A stretch of 64,000 nt of DNA, from positions 4,171-68,170 of the forward strand of contig JAZQZH010000037.1 in NCBI GenBank assembly GCA_045633945.1, in the 5' to 3' direction. This DNA comes from Alphaproteobacteria bacterium. Its GTDB lineage: Bacteria > Pseudomonadota > Alphaproteobacteria > RF32 > CAG-239. Position numbers and translations under genes: made by a program. The stretch's first letter is position 1; every line of letters begins with the position of its first letter. Positions 1-10,352 of the stretch are shown one piece after another. A model generated the notes under the pieces. It was given only the letters and a program-made list of their open reading frames with translations, searched no databases and was not told the origin of the DNA.

Positions 1-229
1 TTATCACTTTGTCTTCAACAACTCCCATACCTGTTTCACTAACAGCCATTTGAGCTAAAGGGATTCTCAAAGAACTAAGCTTCAAAGCTACTCTTCTAAA
101 AATATAATCCACTTGTTCTTGGCTATATTCAGCAAACTTTTCTTGCGCCTTTCTAACCTTTGAAACCAAAGCTTCAATATAAAGCTTCTCTTGTTCTTCA
201 GTTGTTTGAACAACTTTATTTTTTGCCAT
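1..229 (-). CDS. adhE: aldehyde-alcohol dehydrogenase (AdhE-type), first 76 codons only; gene runs off the left edge
   Basis: Not in the ORF track because there is no stop in the window. Reverse-strand ATG at 227-229, then MAKNKVVQTTEEQEKLYIEALVSKVRKAQEKFAEYSQEQVDYIFRRVALKLSSLRIPLAQMAVSETGMGVVEDKVI. This tracks the E. coli AdhE N-terminus as recalled from memory (VKKAQ..F..FTQEQVDKIF..AA....RIPLAKMAV.ESGMGIVEDKVIKN). Confidence 0.7.
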   Translation of the reverse strand, partial: MAKNKVVQTTEEQEKLYIEALVSKVRKAQEKFAEYSQEQVDYIFRRVALKLSSLRIPLAQMAVSETGMGVVEDKVI

Positions 230-533
230 AATTTATATCACTCCACAATATTAATAACTATTCGCAATATAGTACAACAAAAAAAATTAACAAGACGTTT
301 AAACACCCCTTTAAAACACTTAATATTTCGGATTATTTCATATTTAAATTTAAACACTTAGAGCTATTACTTATATAAAACATCATCTTTATTATATATA
401 CCTATTTCAAACTTAACTTTTTTAACAAAAAATAAAAATTGCTATTGAGTTTTACATCCAAACACTCTATATAATATAAAGTTATAGCAAAATATTGCAT
501 AAAATTTCAACCATATTTTTTAAGGTATAACAG

Positions 534-2399
534 ATGAAATCTAACAAAAACTTTATATATTGGATACTTGGTTTTATCATTTTAAGTATATTATTCAACA
601 CTTCTAATCCTGCCATAAGAACAGGTTCTAGTTCTAAAATTGCGTTTTCTGATTTTATGAATAGTGCAGAAGAAGGAAATATTGATTCTGTTATAATTAT
701 CGGCAATGATATTACTGGAACATATACAAATGGCACAAAATTTAAAACATATGCCCCTTTCGATCCTAGCATGGTAGAAGAATTAAGAAAGCAAAATGTA
801 AAAATAGAAGCCAAACCAATTGATACATCTGAAAGTACTTTCTGGGGAATTATCATTTCATGGTTCCCAATGTTATTGTTAATTGGTGTATGGATATTCT
901 TTATGCGCCAAGCAAACTCCGGCAATAACAAAGCTATGAGTTTTGGTAAATCTCGTGCTAAATTAGTTGAAAATCTCAAAAAAGTAACATTCAAAGATGT
1001 TGCTGGAGCAGATGAAAGCAAACAAGAATTAGAAGAAATTATTGATTTCTTAAAAGACCCTCAAAAGTTTCAACGCTTAGGTGGTAAAATTCCAAAGGGT
1101 GTACTACTTGTTGGACCTCCAGGAACAGGTAAAACATTGCTTGCCAAAGCTGTTGCAGGTGAAGCCAATGTTCCTTTCTTTTCAATCTCAGGTTCAGACT
1201 TTGTTGAAATGTTTGTTGGTGTTGGTGCTTCTCGTGTTAGAGATATGTTCTCACAAGCCAAAAAAAATGCACCTTGCTTATTATTCATTGACGAAATAGA
1301 TGCTGTTGGGCGTCACCGTGGTGCAGGACTTGGTGGTGGAAACGACGAAAGAGAACAAACTCTAAACCAATTATTGGTTGAGATGGATGGTTTTGATGCA
1401 AATGAAAATATTATCTTAATCGCGGCAACAAACCGCCCTGATGTATTAGACCCAGCTTTATTACGCCCAGGTCGATTTGATCGTCAAGTAACAGTTAACA
1501 ACCCTGACGTAAAAGGAAGAGAAGAAATCCTAAAAGTTCATACTCGAAAAGTACCTCTTGGAAAAGATGTAGATTTAAGCATTGTTGCTAGAGGAACACC
1601 AGGATTTTCTGGAGCAGATTTGGCGAACCTAGTAAACGAAGCAGCCCTTCTTGCTGCTCGCAAAAACAGGCTAAAAGTAAGCTCTTCTGATTTTGATGCT
1701 GCTAAAGATAAGGTTTTAATGGGTAATGAACGTAAGTCCATGGCTATGGATGAAAAAGAAAAACTCTTAACTGCATATCATGAAGCTGGTCACGCTATTT
1801 GTTCCTTAAATGTAAAAGATACAGATCCAATACATAAAGCAACAATAATCCCTCGTGGACGCGCTCTTGGTATGGTTCAGCAATTACCAGAAAAAGACAA
1901 ATATTCATATACCCGAATTCAAATGTTATCACGTTTAGCAATTCTTATGGGTGGACGAGTAGCTGAAGAACTAAAGTTTGGCTATGATGCTGTAACATCT
2001 GGAGCATCATCTGATATCAATGCTGCAACCAATCTTGCAAGAGCAATGGTAACAGAATGGGGTATGAGTGATGTATTAGGACCAATAAGATACTCTGAAA
2101 ATTCAAATGAGGTATTTTTAGGTCGCTCAGTGACACAAAATCAAAACATGAGCGAAGAAACAGCACGCCTTGTTGATGCTGAAATAAAACGCTTAGTTAC
2201 AGAAGGTTATGAAGAGGCTAAAAAAATTCTTCAAACCCACAAAAAAGACTGGGAAAAACTAGCAAAAGCACTTATGGAATATGAAACACTTACTGGAGAT
2301 GAGATAAAAGATGTTATCAAAGGAGCAACAATTGATAAAACAAAAGATGCTCCAGTTCCAGAAGATAAGAAAACCAAATCTTCAATTCCAGAACTATAA
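534..2399 (+). CDS. ftsH: ATP-dependent zinc metalloprotease FtsH
   Basis: 621-aa ORF with two N-terminal TM segments. Walker A GPPGTGKT, Walker [12 protein letters not shown] second region of homology, zinc site HEAGHA. Confidence 0.97.
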   Translation: MKSNKNFIYWILGFIILSILFNTSNPAIRTGSSSKIAFSDFMNSAEEGNIDSVIIIGNDITGTYTNGTKFKTYAPFDPSMVEELRKQNVKIEAKPIDTSESTFWGIIISWFPMLLLIGVWIFFMRQANSGNNKAMSFGKSRAKLVENLKKVTFKDVAGADESKQELEEIIDFLKDPQKFQRLGGKIPKGVLLVGPPGTGKTLLAKAVAGEANVPFFSISGSDFVEMFVGVGASRVRDMFSQAKKNAPCLLFIDEIDAVGRHRGAGLGGGNDEREQTLNQLLVEMDGFDANENIILIAATNRPDVLDPALLRPGRFDRQVTVNNPDVKGREEILKVHTRKVPLGKDVDLSIVARGTPGFSGADLANLVNEAALLAARKNRLKVSSSDFDAAKDKVLMGNERKSMAMDEKEKLLTAYHEAGHAICSLNVKDTDPIHKATIIPRGRALGMVQQLPEKDKYSYTRIQMLSRLAILMGGRVAEELKFGYDAVTSGASSDINAATNLARAMVTEWGMSDVLGPIRYSENSNEVFLGRSVTQNQNMSEETARLVDAEIKRLVTEGYEEAKKILQTHKKDWEKLAKALMEYETLTGDEIKDVIKGATIDKTKDAPVPEDKKTKSSIPEL

Positions 2400-2404
2400 A
2401 AAAA

Positions 2405-2428
2405 AGCAGGTTTAACCTGCTTTTTTTA
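2405..2428 (+). terminator. intrinsic terminator after ftsH
   Basis: Stem AGCAGG/CCTGCT (2405-2410 / 2416-2421) followed by a T7 run. Confidence 0.75.
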
Positions 2429-2706
2429 TTATGATAATAAATTAAAACTAAAACCTATATCCCAAATAACATATATTTATAACATAATAGCATTTTAATA
2501 CATTACCCCCAAAAAAAACTATTGCATACATACTAATTTTATGATACACTACTTCCACTAATAAAGTGTTGTGTCTATTATAAAGTATATTATTCATCGT
2601 CTTTTTTGTTCTAAAATTTAGGTTTTTACTAAAGATTTAGTCCTGAAAAAAGAGTTAATAAAGCTTGTTTACAACACTTTTTTTTCATGAAATTTTAGTA
2701 TTAATC

Positions 2707-2730
2707 AATCTTTAGCTAATCTTTAGCTAA
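2707..2730. repeat. perfect tandem 11-mer AATCTTTAGCT x2 (plus AA), 20-43 nt upstream of the 2750 start codon
   Basis: Read directly: 2707-2717 and 2718-2728 are identical. Possible direct-repeat operator. Function unknown. Confidence 0.5.
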
Positions 2731-2749
2731 AGGCAAAACCTTTTAACAT

Positions 2750-3997
2750 ATGAAGACAACAATTACACGTGCTGTTCTTGTAGCAAGCACAATGCTAGCG
2801 GTATCATGTGCCGAGGAAATTACCAACGTAAGACCTCTTTCAAATGATGACAACCTAAAAGAAAACAATCTTGCATTTGAGCGTTATCTAAACAGTGAAG
2901 CAACACAAAATGTCAAGTTAGTACAGGCAAACACTCATTTTGATCAAATTGCTCAAACCATTGGTAGAAATACTTATGGAGAGGTTGAATTTAACGGAAA
3001 AGATAATCCCGAAACCAAGGTTGAAATTAATCTTGAGCTAGAGAGTATCGTGGTTAAAGAGTTCTCACTACCTCAGCAAACAGCAACAAATCCATCAGAC
3101 GTAAAAACATCTACTAATACTGATGATATGATAACAACAGGATCATTTAGTATCATAGACAATTACTCAGACGGACAAATTGCTTATGTTGATAGCTCTT
3201 GGGCATATTCATATTTTACAACAAAATATGAAAATCTAGATTACGCACATATCGAAGTGGTAGATATCACTTTTGAAAGTGCAAATATAGAGAGCATCGA
3301 TGAACTAACCTCCAAGGTAACACTCCATTACAATGTTGAGTATAAAACTACCGGCATCACTGATGGTGATTACAGTGACAATGTAACAATTTCTCCATTC
3401 TACTACCAAAAGAAAGAAAAAGAAATCGTAGATGAAGTAGGCGAAATATATTATGTATGTGAGCCCATCTACACTTGCGAAGAAAATAACGTAAAGGGTA
3501 AATTTATCGTAAAGAAAATCACTCCTCATACTTTGCAAGAAGACGAAGTAGAAGTCATTGCTCAGCGCACATTAACAGTTGCTACAATTGGTCGTCCCGG
3601 AAATGAAACTTTGAAAGTTTTTACAACAACTCCGTCATCTAATGAACACACAATCAGTGAGATTATAGAGACAACAGGTAGTAAAAACAATTTCTCATGG
3701 ACACAAAATGCTACTGAGCATGTGTTCACTGCAGAATGGAACTCTGATGGTCTTGAGATTGGTCATATTGATAAAATTATGGTCTATGGAATGACTGTAA
3801 AATATCAAGATGAAAATTGCGAATTTAACTTTGAATTCAACAGCGAACTTAACGTTGTAACAAATGAAGTCATCGTTGAAGAAGGCAATACAACAGAAGG
3901 CTATCTCGGAACAAGAGTTCTTACCATCGAGGGATTGCTAAATGGTGAAAAATTTGCCGAATTCACAGGCAAAACAACCCTCCTCCAGCACTCTTAA
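2750..3997 (+). CDS. hypothetical lipoprotein (415 aa)
   Basis: Signal peptide with lipobox LAVS|C (Cys20), followed by AEE. I recognise no domain. No Shine-Dalgarno within 15 nt of the ATG. Confidence 0.8.
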   Translation: MKTTITRAVLVASTMLAVSCAEEITNVRPLSNDDNLKENNLAFERYLNSEATQNVKLVQANTHFDQIAQTIGRNTYGEVEFNGKDNPETKVEINLELESIVVKEFSLPQQTATNPSDVKTSTNTDDMITTGSFSIIDNYSDGQIAYVDSSWAYSYFTTKYENLDYAHIEVVDITFESANIESIDELTSKVTLHYNVEYKTTGITDGDYSDNVTISPFYYQKKEKEIVDEVGEIYYVCEPIYTCEENNVKGKFIVKKITPHTLQEDEVEVIAQRTLTVATIGRPGNETLKVFTTTPSSNEHTISEIIETTGSKNNFSWTQNATEHVFTAEWNSDGLEIGHIDKIMVYGMTVKYQDENCEFNFEFNSELNVVTNEVIVEEGNTTEGYLGTRVLTIEGLLNGEKFAEFTGKTTLLQHS

Positions 3998-4009
3998 AAA
4001 ACAAAAAAA

Positions 4010-4034
4010 GCGTCCCCTAAAAAGGGACGCTTTT
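4010..4034. terminator. bidirectional terminator between the lipoprotein gene and luxS
   Basis: Stem GCGTCCC/GGGACGC, A-run upstream and T-run downstream. Confidence 0.75.
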
Positions 4035-4040
4035 ATGTTT

Positions 4041-4520
4041 TTAATCAGCATATTCTAGCTGATTAACTCCAATATTTTTTAATACATTTTCATAAAATTT
4101 ATTTGCAATAAATTTTGCCATATCCAGATTCATATCCAAATAGTTACCACAATCATGAGCAGATTGTCCTGGAACTTCGCCTTCAAATTTTCTTACAAAA
4201 TCAAACATCTCTTTAATTAAGTCAACAACATCTGCAGAACAATACTTCCCCTCCAACAATAAATAGAAACCTGTTCTACAACCCATCGGACCAAAATATA
4301 CTGTTTTTTTTGCATATTCATCATGATTTCTAATAAAAGTAGCCCCTAAATGTTCAATAGTATGAATCTCTGCTGTATTCATTACTGGCTCAAAATTTGG
4401 CCTTGTCATTCTAATATCAAATGTTGTAATAAACGCATCGCCAAATCTATCTATTCTCGACACATAAACACCTGGCAACAACGTTAAGTGATTAACCTTA
4501 AAACTAGCAATTTTTTCCAT
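4041..4520 (-). CDS. luxS: S-ribosylhomocysteine lyase LuxS
   Basis: HTIEHL metal-binding motif and PMGCRTGFY cysteine motif. The N-terminus MEKIASFKVNH fits the LuxS pattern. The ORF track starts at a TTG (4532); the ATG at 4520 lies 6 nt after GAGG and is preferred. Confidence 0.9.
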   Translation of the reverse strand: MEKIASFKVNHLTLLPGVYVSRIDRFGDAFITTFDIRMTRPNFEPVMNTAEIHTIEHLGATFIRNHDEYAKKTVYFGPMGCRTGFYLLLEGKYCSADVVDLIKEMFDFVRKFEGEVPGQSAHDCGNYLDMNLDMAKFIANKFYENVLKNIGVNQLEYAD

Positions 4521-4580
4521 CATCAACCTCAAAAAATAATTATAATTACCTCATATATTAAAAATACATTTTATGCAATA

Positions 4581-4608
4581 AAAAGGGGCACATTTTTGCA
4601 CCCCTTTC
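4581..4608 (-). terminator. intrinsic terminator after dnaK
   Basis: Minus strand GGGGTGC-AAAAAT-GTGCCCC (7 bp including two G.U pairs) followed by TTTT. Confidence 0.6.
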
Positions 4609-4639
4609 ATCCATTTAACTAGATACTAAAATTCAAATA

Positions 4640-6553
4640 TTATTTTACTTCTTCAAAATCAGCATCAACAACATTTTCATCTTTTGCTTCAGCTTCTGGA
4701 GCACCTTGTGTTTGACCTTGAGCACCAGCTTCTGCACCTTGAGCCTTATACATAGCTTCACCAAGTTTTAGTGATGCTTGCATTAATGCATCAGATTTAG
4801 ATTTAATAGCTTCAACATCTTCGCTTTCTAAAACAGCTTTCAAATCATTAACAGCTGTTTCAATAGCGCCTTTATCAACAGAACTAATTTTATCAGAGTT
4901 TTCTTTTAGAGTTTTTTCTGTTGTATGAATTAAGCCTTCTGCTTGATTGCGAGCTTCAACAAGTTCTTTTTTCTTCTTGTCAGCTTCTGCATTTGCTTCT
5001 GCATCTTTAACCATTTTTTCAATATCAGCATCAGACAAACCACCACTTGCTTGAATACGAATAGCTTGTTCTTTATTAGTTGCCTTGTCTTTTGCAGAAA
5101 CATTAACAATACCATTAGCATCAATATCAAATGTAACTTCAATTTGAGGCATACCACGTGGAGCAGGAGGAATACCAACCAAATCAAATTGACCTAACAA
5201 TTTGTTATGTTGAGCAATTTCTCTTTCACCTTGGAACACTCTAATAGTAACAGCAGTCTGACCATCTTCTGCAGTTGAGAATACTTGAGATTTACGTGTT
5301 GGAATAGTTGTATTTCTATCAATCAAACGTGTAAACACACCGCCTAAAGTTTCAATACCCAAAGAAAGAGGAGTAACGTCTAAAAGCAATACGTCTTTAA
5401 CTTCACCCATCAACACACCACCTTGAATTGCTGCACCAACAGCAACAACTTCATCAGGATTTACACCTTTGTGAGGTTCTTTACCAAAGATTTCTTTTAC
5501 TTTCTCTTGAACCTTAGGCATACGTGTCATACCACCAACAAGAATCACTTCGCTAATTTCACTTGGATTAATACCAGCATCTTGCATAGCCTTTTTACAA
5601 GGCTCAACTGTTCTTTCAATCAAATCTTCTACAATAGCTTCTAATTTCGCACGAGTAAGTTTAATATTTAAATGCTTAGGAATTGGAGAGCCTGTGCTCA
5701 TATCTGCGGTAATAAATGGAAGATTAACTTCAGTTTGAGTTGTAGAAGAAAGCTCAATCTTTGCTTTTTCTGCTGCTTCTTTCAAACGTTGAAGAGCAAG
5801 TCTGTCCGCTTTAAGATCAATATTATTTTCTTTCTTAAATTCATCTGCTAAATAGTTAACTAATCTTTGGTCAAAGTCTTCACCACCAAGGAATGTATCA
5901 CCATTTGTAGATTTAACTTCAAATACACCATCGCCAATTTCCAAAATAGAAATATCAAATGTACCACCACCTAAGTCATAAACAGCAATAGTACCTGATG
6001 TCTTCTTATCCATACCATAAGCAAGAGCCGCAGCTGTTGGCTCATTGATAATACGCAAAACTTCTAAACCAGCAATTTTACCAGCATCTTTTGTTGCCTG
6101 TCTTTGACTATCATTAAAATATGCAGGAACAGTAATAACTGCCTTTTCAATTTTTTCACCTAAATAGCTTTCTGCAAATTCTTTAATTTTTTGCAAAACA
6201 ACAGCAGAAATTTGAGATGGAGCATATTTTGTGCCTTTAACCTCAACCCAAGCATCACCATTATCACCTTCAACAATTTTAAAAGGAGAAGTAGATTTAT
6301 CTTTTTCAACTTCTTTAGAGTTATATCTACGACCAATTAAGCGTTTAATTGCAAACAATGTATTTTCTGGATTTGTAACAGCTTGACGTTTAGCTGGATA
6401 ACCAACTAATCTATCAGTATCTGTAAAAGCAACCATAGAAGGTGTTGTTCTTGCACCTTCTGAGTTTTCTAAAACTTTAGCTTCTCCGCCTTCCATAATT
6501 GCAAAGCAAGAGTTTGTTGTACCAAGGTCAATACCTAATACTTTATTGCTCAT
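4640..6553 (-). CDS. dnaK: molecular chaperone DnaK (Hsp70)
   Basis: 637-aa ORF with [17 protein letters not shown] and [11 protein letters not shown] motifs. No dnaJ downstream. Confidence 0.98.
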   Translation of the reverse strand: MSNKVLGIDLGTTNSCFAIMEGGEAKVLENSEGARTTPSMVAFTDTDRLVGYPAKRQAVTNPENTLFAIKRLIGRRYNSKEVEKDKSTSPFKIVEGDNGDAWVEVKGTKYAPSQISAVVLQKIKEFAESYLGEKIEKAVITVPAYFNDSQRQATKDAGKIAGLEVLRIINEPTAAALAYGMDKKTSGTIAVYDLGGGTFDISILEIGDGVFEVKSTNGDTFLGGEDFDQRLVNYLADEFKKENNIDLKADRLALQRLKEAAEKAKIELSSTTQTEVNLPFITADMSTGSPIPKHLNIKLTRAKLEAIVEDLIERTVEPCKKAMQDAGINPSEISEVILVGGMTRMPKVQEKVKEIFGKEPHKGVNPDEVVAVGAAIQGGVLMGEVKDVLLLDVTPLSLGIETLGGVFTRLIDRNTTIPTRKSQVFSTAEDGQTAVTIRVFQGEREIAQHNKLLGQFDLVGIPPAPRGMPQIEVTFDIDANGIVNVSAKDKATNKEQAIRIQASGGLSDADIEKMVKDAEANAEADKKKKELVEARNQAEGLIHTTEKTLKENSDKISSVDKGAIETAVNDLKAVLESEDVEAIKSKSDALMQASLKLGEAMYKAQGAEAGAQGQTQGAPEAEAKDENVVDADFEEVK

Positions 6554-6598
6554 ATTTTAATTCCTTATATTTAAGTTAAAAATCATTTCTGTTACCTT

Positions 6599-6627
6599 AT
6601 ATAGGGAGCAAATTTATACTCTGCAAT
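6599..6627 (-). promoter_or_regulatory. possible RpoH (sigma-32)-type promoter of dnaK
   Basis: Minus strand ATTG-N17-CCCTATAT resembles the alphaproteobacterial heat-shock consensus CTTG-N17-CYTATNT. By eye only. Confidence 0.3.
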
Positions 6628-6776
6628 AGCAAAACTCAAAAAAAATATTTTTTTTTATTTTTTTTACATAATTACCCAATCATCAAGCAATATAAAAGTG
6701 TTTTCCTCTAATCTAATCTTTTTTTTAAACAAAAAATTAACACTTAATTTGTATAATAAGCAAGAATATATAGAAT

Positions 6777-9700
6777 ATGGAACAAAAAATGATTAAAAAA
6801 AACTTGTTTACTTTTTTATCAGCTATTTTAGCTATATTTTGTTTACTACCTAAACAATCTATAGCCCTAACTTTTACTGAATTTGTTTATAATAATGCTA
6901 AAACAGATAATTTAAAAAACATTCAAGTTTTTTTACAACGTGGATATAATATCGATGCCATTGATAGCAAAGGATTTACCGCTTTATGTTATTCCATTGA
7001 AAATAACGACTACAACGCATATGAAAACTTAAAAAAACTTGGAGCTAACACTAATCATCATTGCACACAAAGAATACTATCAAACTTTAATCAAGAATAT
7101 GCTGAATTCACCAAAAGTAACAAATCAAACTTTAATCAAAAATACACTAGATTTACTCAAAACCACCAAACCAAAGTTGCATCTAAAAATAATAATAGTC
7201 TAAAAATAGGCGCAACCATTATTGGTGCAAGTGGTATTGCGGCTCTACTAGCTTCAGGAGGTGGCAGTGGAAGCTCAAAACCATCAAACAAATGCCCTGC
7301 AGGATACGAATTAATAGATAATGAGTGTCACCCTAAAAATTGTGGAACGGAATATCAAACATCATGCAATAAAAATCAATATACAACAGGAAAAACTTGC
7401 CAATCAGGAGATATCATCCTAACAGAATGCAAACCTTTGACTCAATCTGAAGGATGCCTAAAATACAGCTCAACATCCGATAGATGTATCGAATGCGATA
7501 GCTCTTATCTTTTATACAACAATGTTTGTTATGCTAAAATAGAGTGCCCAGACAATTTCAAACAGCTCGGAAATAACTGTATAGCTGATGGCAATATAGA
7601 AATTACAAACACTAGCAATGAAAACTTCTATGGCGTATCATCTAATTTTAACAGCATTTACAATTTGTTATCAACATATGGACATCCAGATGATTTCCAA
7701 GAAATAAAATTAAAAAATAGTGGACTTGGAGAAGTTTATGGCATGTATGGTTTAAAACATGTAACAAATGCATATGTTTCAGGTCAGAAAAGCAATGCTG
7801 AAATAAACCCTGTTCCTAGTGGATTAGGTATAATTACTATTGAAAATCAAAATCCAAACAACACAAAAAATGTATATGGATTATATGCAAAAATAGATAA
7901 TCCTCAGAACTCTTGGGAGGCATCAAACGCCTATGCCGTAAATAGCGGAACAGCAACAGGTATAATAAACATAAATAACAAAGGTACAGGTAATACCTAT
8001 GGTATATTCGGAGATGATAGAGCTTATAATGCCTTTTCAGCAACACAAGGTAATGCATACGGCAATATTAACATAGAAGGCAATGGAAATATCTATGGCA
8101 TTGGTGGTTATGTTGCTGCAATTAATGCATCATCATACCAAGCCAGTTGGTATAACCCTAGCCATACCGGAAAATCTTCTGTTGGTAATATAAATATAAA
8201 ATCTACAGGAGATGGCGATATATATGGTATGCATGTGTCAAAAGGATATATCGAAACAGACAAAGATGATAATACCGAACAATGGTTTGCCATAAATGCC
8301 GCAGGAGACTATAAAGACATTATAGAAGGAAACATCAATATTACAAACCAAGGCTCTGGAAATGTATATGGTATGTATGGCGGAAAATTAATGTTTAATG
8401 GAGTATATTGGGGAGTAGAAAACGGAAAAATAAGTAGCAAAGTTGTTGCAAACATAAATATATTAAACGAAGGCACTGGAAATGTATATGGTATGTATTC
8501 ACCTGAAAAACATGCCGAAATATACAATATAAACGTTCCAGGCTATGACAAACAAACCGGCGTAACTTCAAATATTAATCTTATAAATACAGGCGATGGT
8601 ATAACAACTGGTATTCGTGGCGGAGAACAATCTACAATACAAAATACCGGAACAATTAATATAAACAATCTAGGAAACGGTACAGCTATTGGAATGTATG
8701 GAGATAAAAATAGCAAAATAGAAAATAAAGGTACAATCAACATTTATAGAAAAGAATATAAAGATAATACTACAGATAAAACATATACTCCAACATCAGA
8801 AATTGGAGGCACCGCATACGGAATTTATGCAAAATCTGGCTCAACTGTACTTAATACTGGAACAATTAATATAACAAATACTCAAAACGGTACCGGAATA
8901 TACCTAGAAAATGATGCAATACTCTTAAATGATGGCACCATGGGAACCGTTACATTTAATGGTACATCACAAGAAGCAATAACAGGAGAAGATATTGATA
9001 TATATCAAGAAAATAATACTGAAACAGTTCTTAATTTAAATGCAATAGGGGATGGAAAAGTTGTATTAGGCACATCTGGTAAATTTTTTGCAGAAACGAT
9101 AAAAGGTGATTTACTCGTAACAGATACCCCTATATATGGCAATTTCAAAAACTCACATGAATTTACTTCATCTTTAGAAGCAAGCAACATCTCTGAATTA
9201 TCAATAAACTCAAAATCTGCCATGTTTACAGCATATTCAAAAGAAAATACAAATAACCAACATGACATAATTTTAACTCGTACAAACTTTAATGATTTAA
9301 TTAAGGATAAAAATATTGCAGAGTTTTTAGAACTAAATTATAATAATGAAAACAATCTTGAATTATATGATAATCTAAAACAAGCTAAAACAACAAAAGA
9401 GCTTACAAAAAAAGCCAATAGTTTTACTGGCAAAGACATACTACCTGCATTCAAACGAGAAGACTCTATTATATATAACAATATAAGTCACGAGTTAAAT
9501 AATAATTTATTTAATAAACCAGATGAAAACTATATTGTAGGATATAAATATATAGATATCTCTAATAAAGCTGATAACACTTTGCAAGAAAGCAATGGAA
9601 CAGCCAGTGTTGCATATGGTTTACTAAAATCTAAATCATCAACTGGAATAAATTATGGTATAGGTGCAAATATTACACAATTAAAAACTGATTATGACAA

Positions 9701-10334
9701 TAATTCAACAAGAGATAGCAAACAATTTGGTTTATGGTTACCTATTGGTTACAAATTTGATAACGGCATAAATTGGTTCTCTAAACTATACGGTGGATAT
9801 GCTAATAACTCTTATGACAGAATAACAGAACTTGGCAAAAAAACAGCAACATATGATGAATATCAATTCGGTATAAGTAATGAAGTTAGATATAACTTAG
9901 ACTTATCAAACAACATAACATTTTCTCCTCTTGCTGAATTAAATTATTTAAACTTATACCAAGATAACATCAACGAAAACTCATCATCTGTAGACACATT
10001 AAAAATAAATTCTCACAACTCATCATCTATAGAATTAGGTCTTGGGGCTTATTTAACAAAAGAATTTTTCATAAAAGAACAACAAAAACTAACAATACAA
10101 ATTGGTGGAATATATTACATAGAATTACTAAATCCAGATAAACCATTAAATGCTAGTATAAAAAATATGGATTATAAACTAAAGATACATAATCCTCAAA
10201 ACAACAACCACGGCTCAGCATCTCTTAGAGCCACATATAACTACAACAATTTATTATTGTATGGAAATATAGAAAAAGACTTCGGAACAATTGATGCTTT
10301 TTCTCTTGATGCCGGCATACAATATGCTTTTTAA
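6777..10334 (+). CDS. autotransporter outer-membrane protein with N-terminal ankyrin repeats and a Cys-rich module (1185 aa)
   Basis: Signal peptide (..PKQSIA|L). ANK-like units (DAIDSKGFTALCYSIENNDYNAYENLKKLGANTNH). Gly/Ala-rich hydrophobic stretch IGATIIGASGIAALLASGGGSGSS. About 16 Cys in CxxC-type spacing. Passenger rich in GNVYGMYG-type repeats. About 270-aa C-terminal amphipathic beta-domain ending ..GIQYAF. Confidence 0.85.
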   Translation: MEQKMIKKNLFTFLSAILAIFCLLPKQSIALTFTEFVYNNAKTDNLKNIQVFLQRGYNIDAIDSKGFTALCYSIENNDYNAYENLKKLGANTNHHCTQRILSNFNQEYAEFTKSNKSNFNQKYTRFTQNHQTKVASKNNNSLKIGATIIGASGIAALLASGGGSGSSKPSNKCPAGYELIDNECHPKNCGTEYQTSCNKNQYTTGKTCQSGDIILTECKPLTQSEGCLKYSSTSDRCIECDSSYLLYNNVCYAKIECPDNFKQLGNNCIADGNIEITNTSNENFYGVSSNFNSIYNLLSTYGHPDDFQEIKLKNSGLGEVYGMYGLKHVTNAYVSGQKSNAEINPVPSGLGIITIENQNPNNTKNVYGLYAKIDNPQNSWEASNAYAVNSGTATGIININNKGTGNTYGIFGDDRAYNAFSATQGNAYGNINIEGNGNIYGIGGYVAAINASSYQASWYNPSHTGKSSVGNINIKSTGDGDIYGMHVSKGYIETDKDDNTEQWFAINAAGDYKDIIEGNINITNQGSGNVYGMYGGKLMFNGVYWGVENGKISSKVVANINILNEGTGNVYGMYSPEKHAEIYNINVPGYDKQTGVTSNINLINTGDGITTGIRGGEQSTIQNTGTININNLGNGTAIGMYGDKNSKIENKGTINIYRKEYKDNTTDKTYTPTSEIGGTAYGIYAKSGSTVLNTGTINITNTQNGTGIYLENDAILLNDGTMGTVTFNGTSQEAITGEDIDIYQENNTETVLNLNAIGDGKVVLGTSGKFFAETIKGDLLVTDTPIYGNFKNSHEFTSSLEASNISELSINSKSAMFTAYSKENTNNQHDIILTRTNFNDLIKDKNIAEFLELNYNNENNLELYDNLKQAKTTKELTKKANSFTGKDILPAFKREDSIIYNNISHELNNNLFNKPDENYIVGYKYIDISNKADNTLQESNGTASVAYGLLKSKSSTGINYGIGANITQLKTDYDNNSTRDSKQFGLWLPIGYKFDNGINWFSKLYGGYANNSYDRITELGKKTATYDEYQFGISNEVRYNLDLSNNITFSPLAELNYLNLYQDNINENSSSVDTLKINSHNSSSIELGLGAYLTKEFFIKEQQKLTIQIGGIYYIELLNPDKPLNASIKNMDYKLKIHNPQNNNHGSASLRATYNYNNLLLYGNIEKDFGTIDAFSLDAGIQYAF

Positions 10335-10352
10335 TCTAAATAGGAGTAAAAC

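Noticed and set aside
482-1021. 179-aa minus-strand ORF overlapping the ftsH start
   Set aside because: It is antisense to a strongly conserved gene, has low-complexity hydrophobic content and no SD. This is a typical shadow ORF in AT-rich DNA.
6725-6741. TTAA-N8-TTAAC upstream of the 1185-aa autotransporter gene
   Set aside because: The spacing of 8 is not canonical for CtrA, so it is likely chance.
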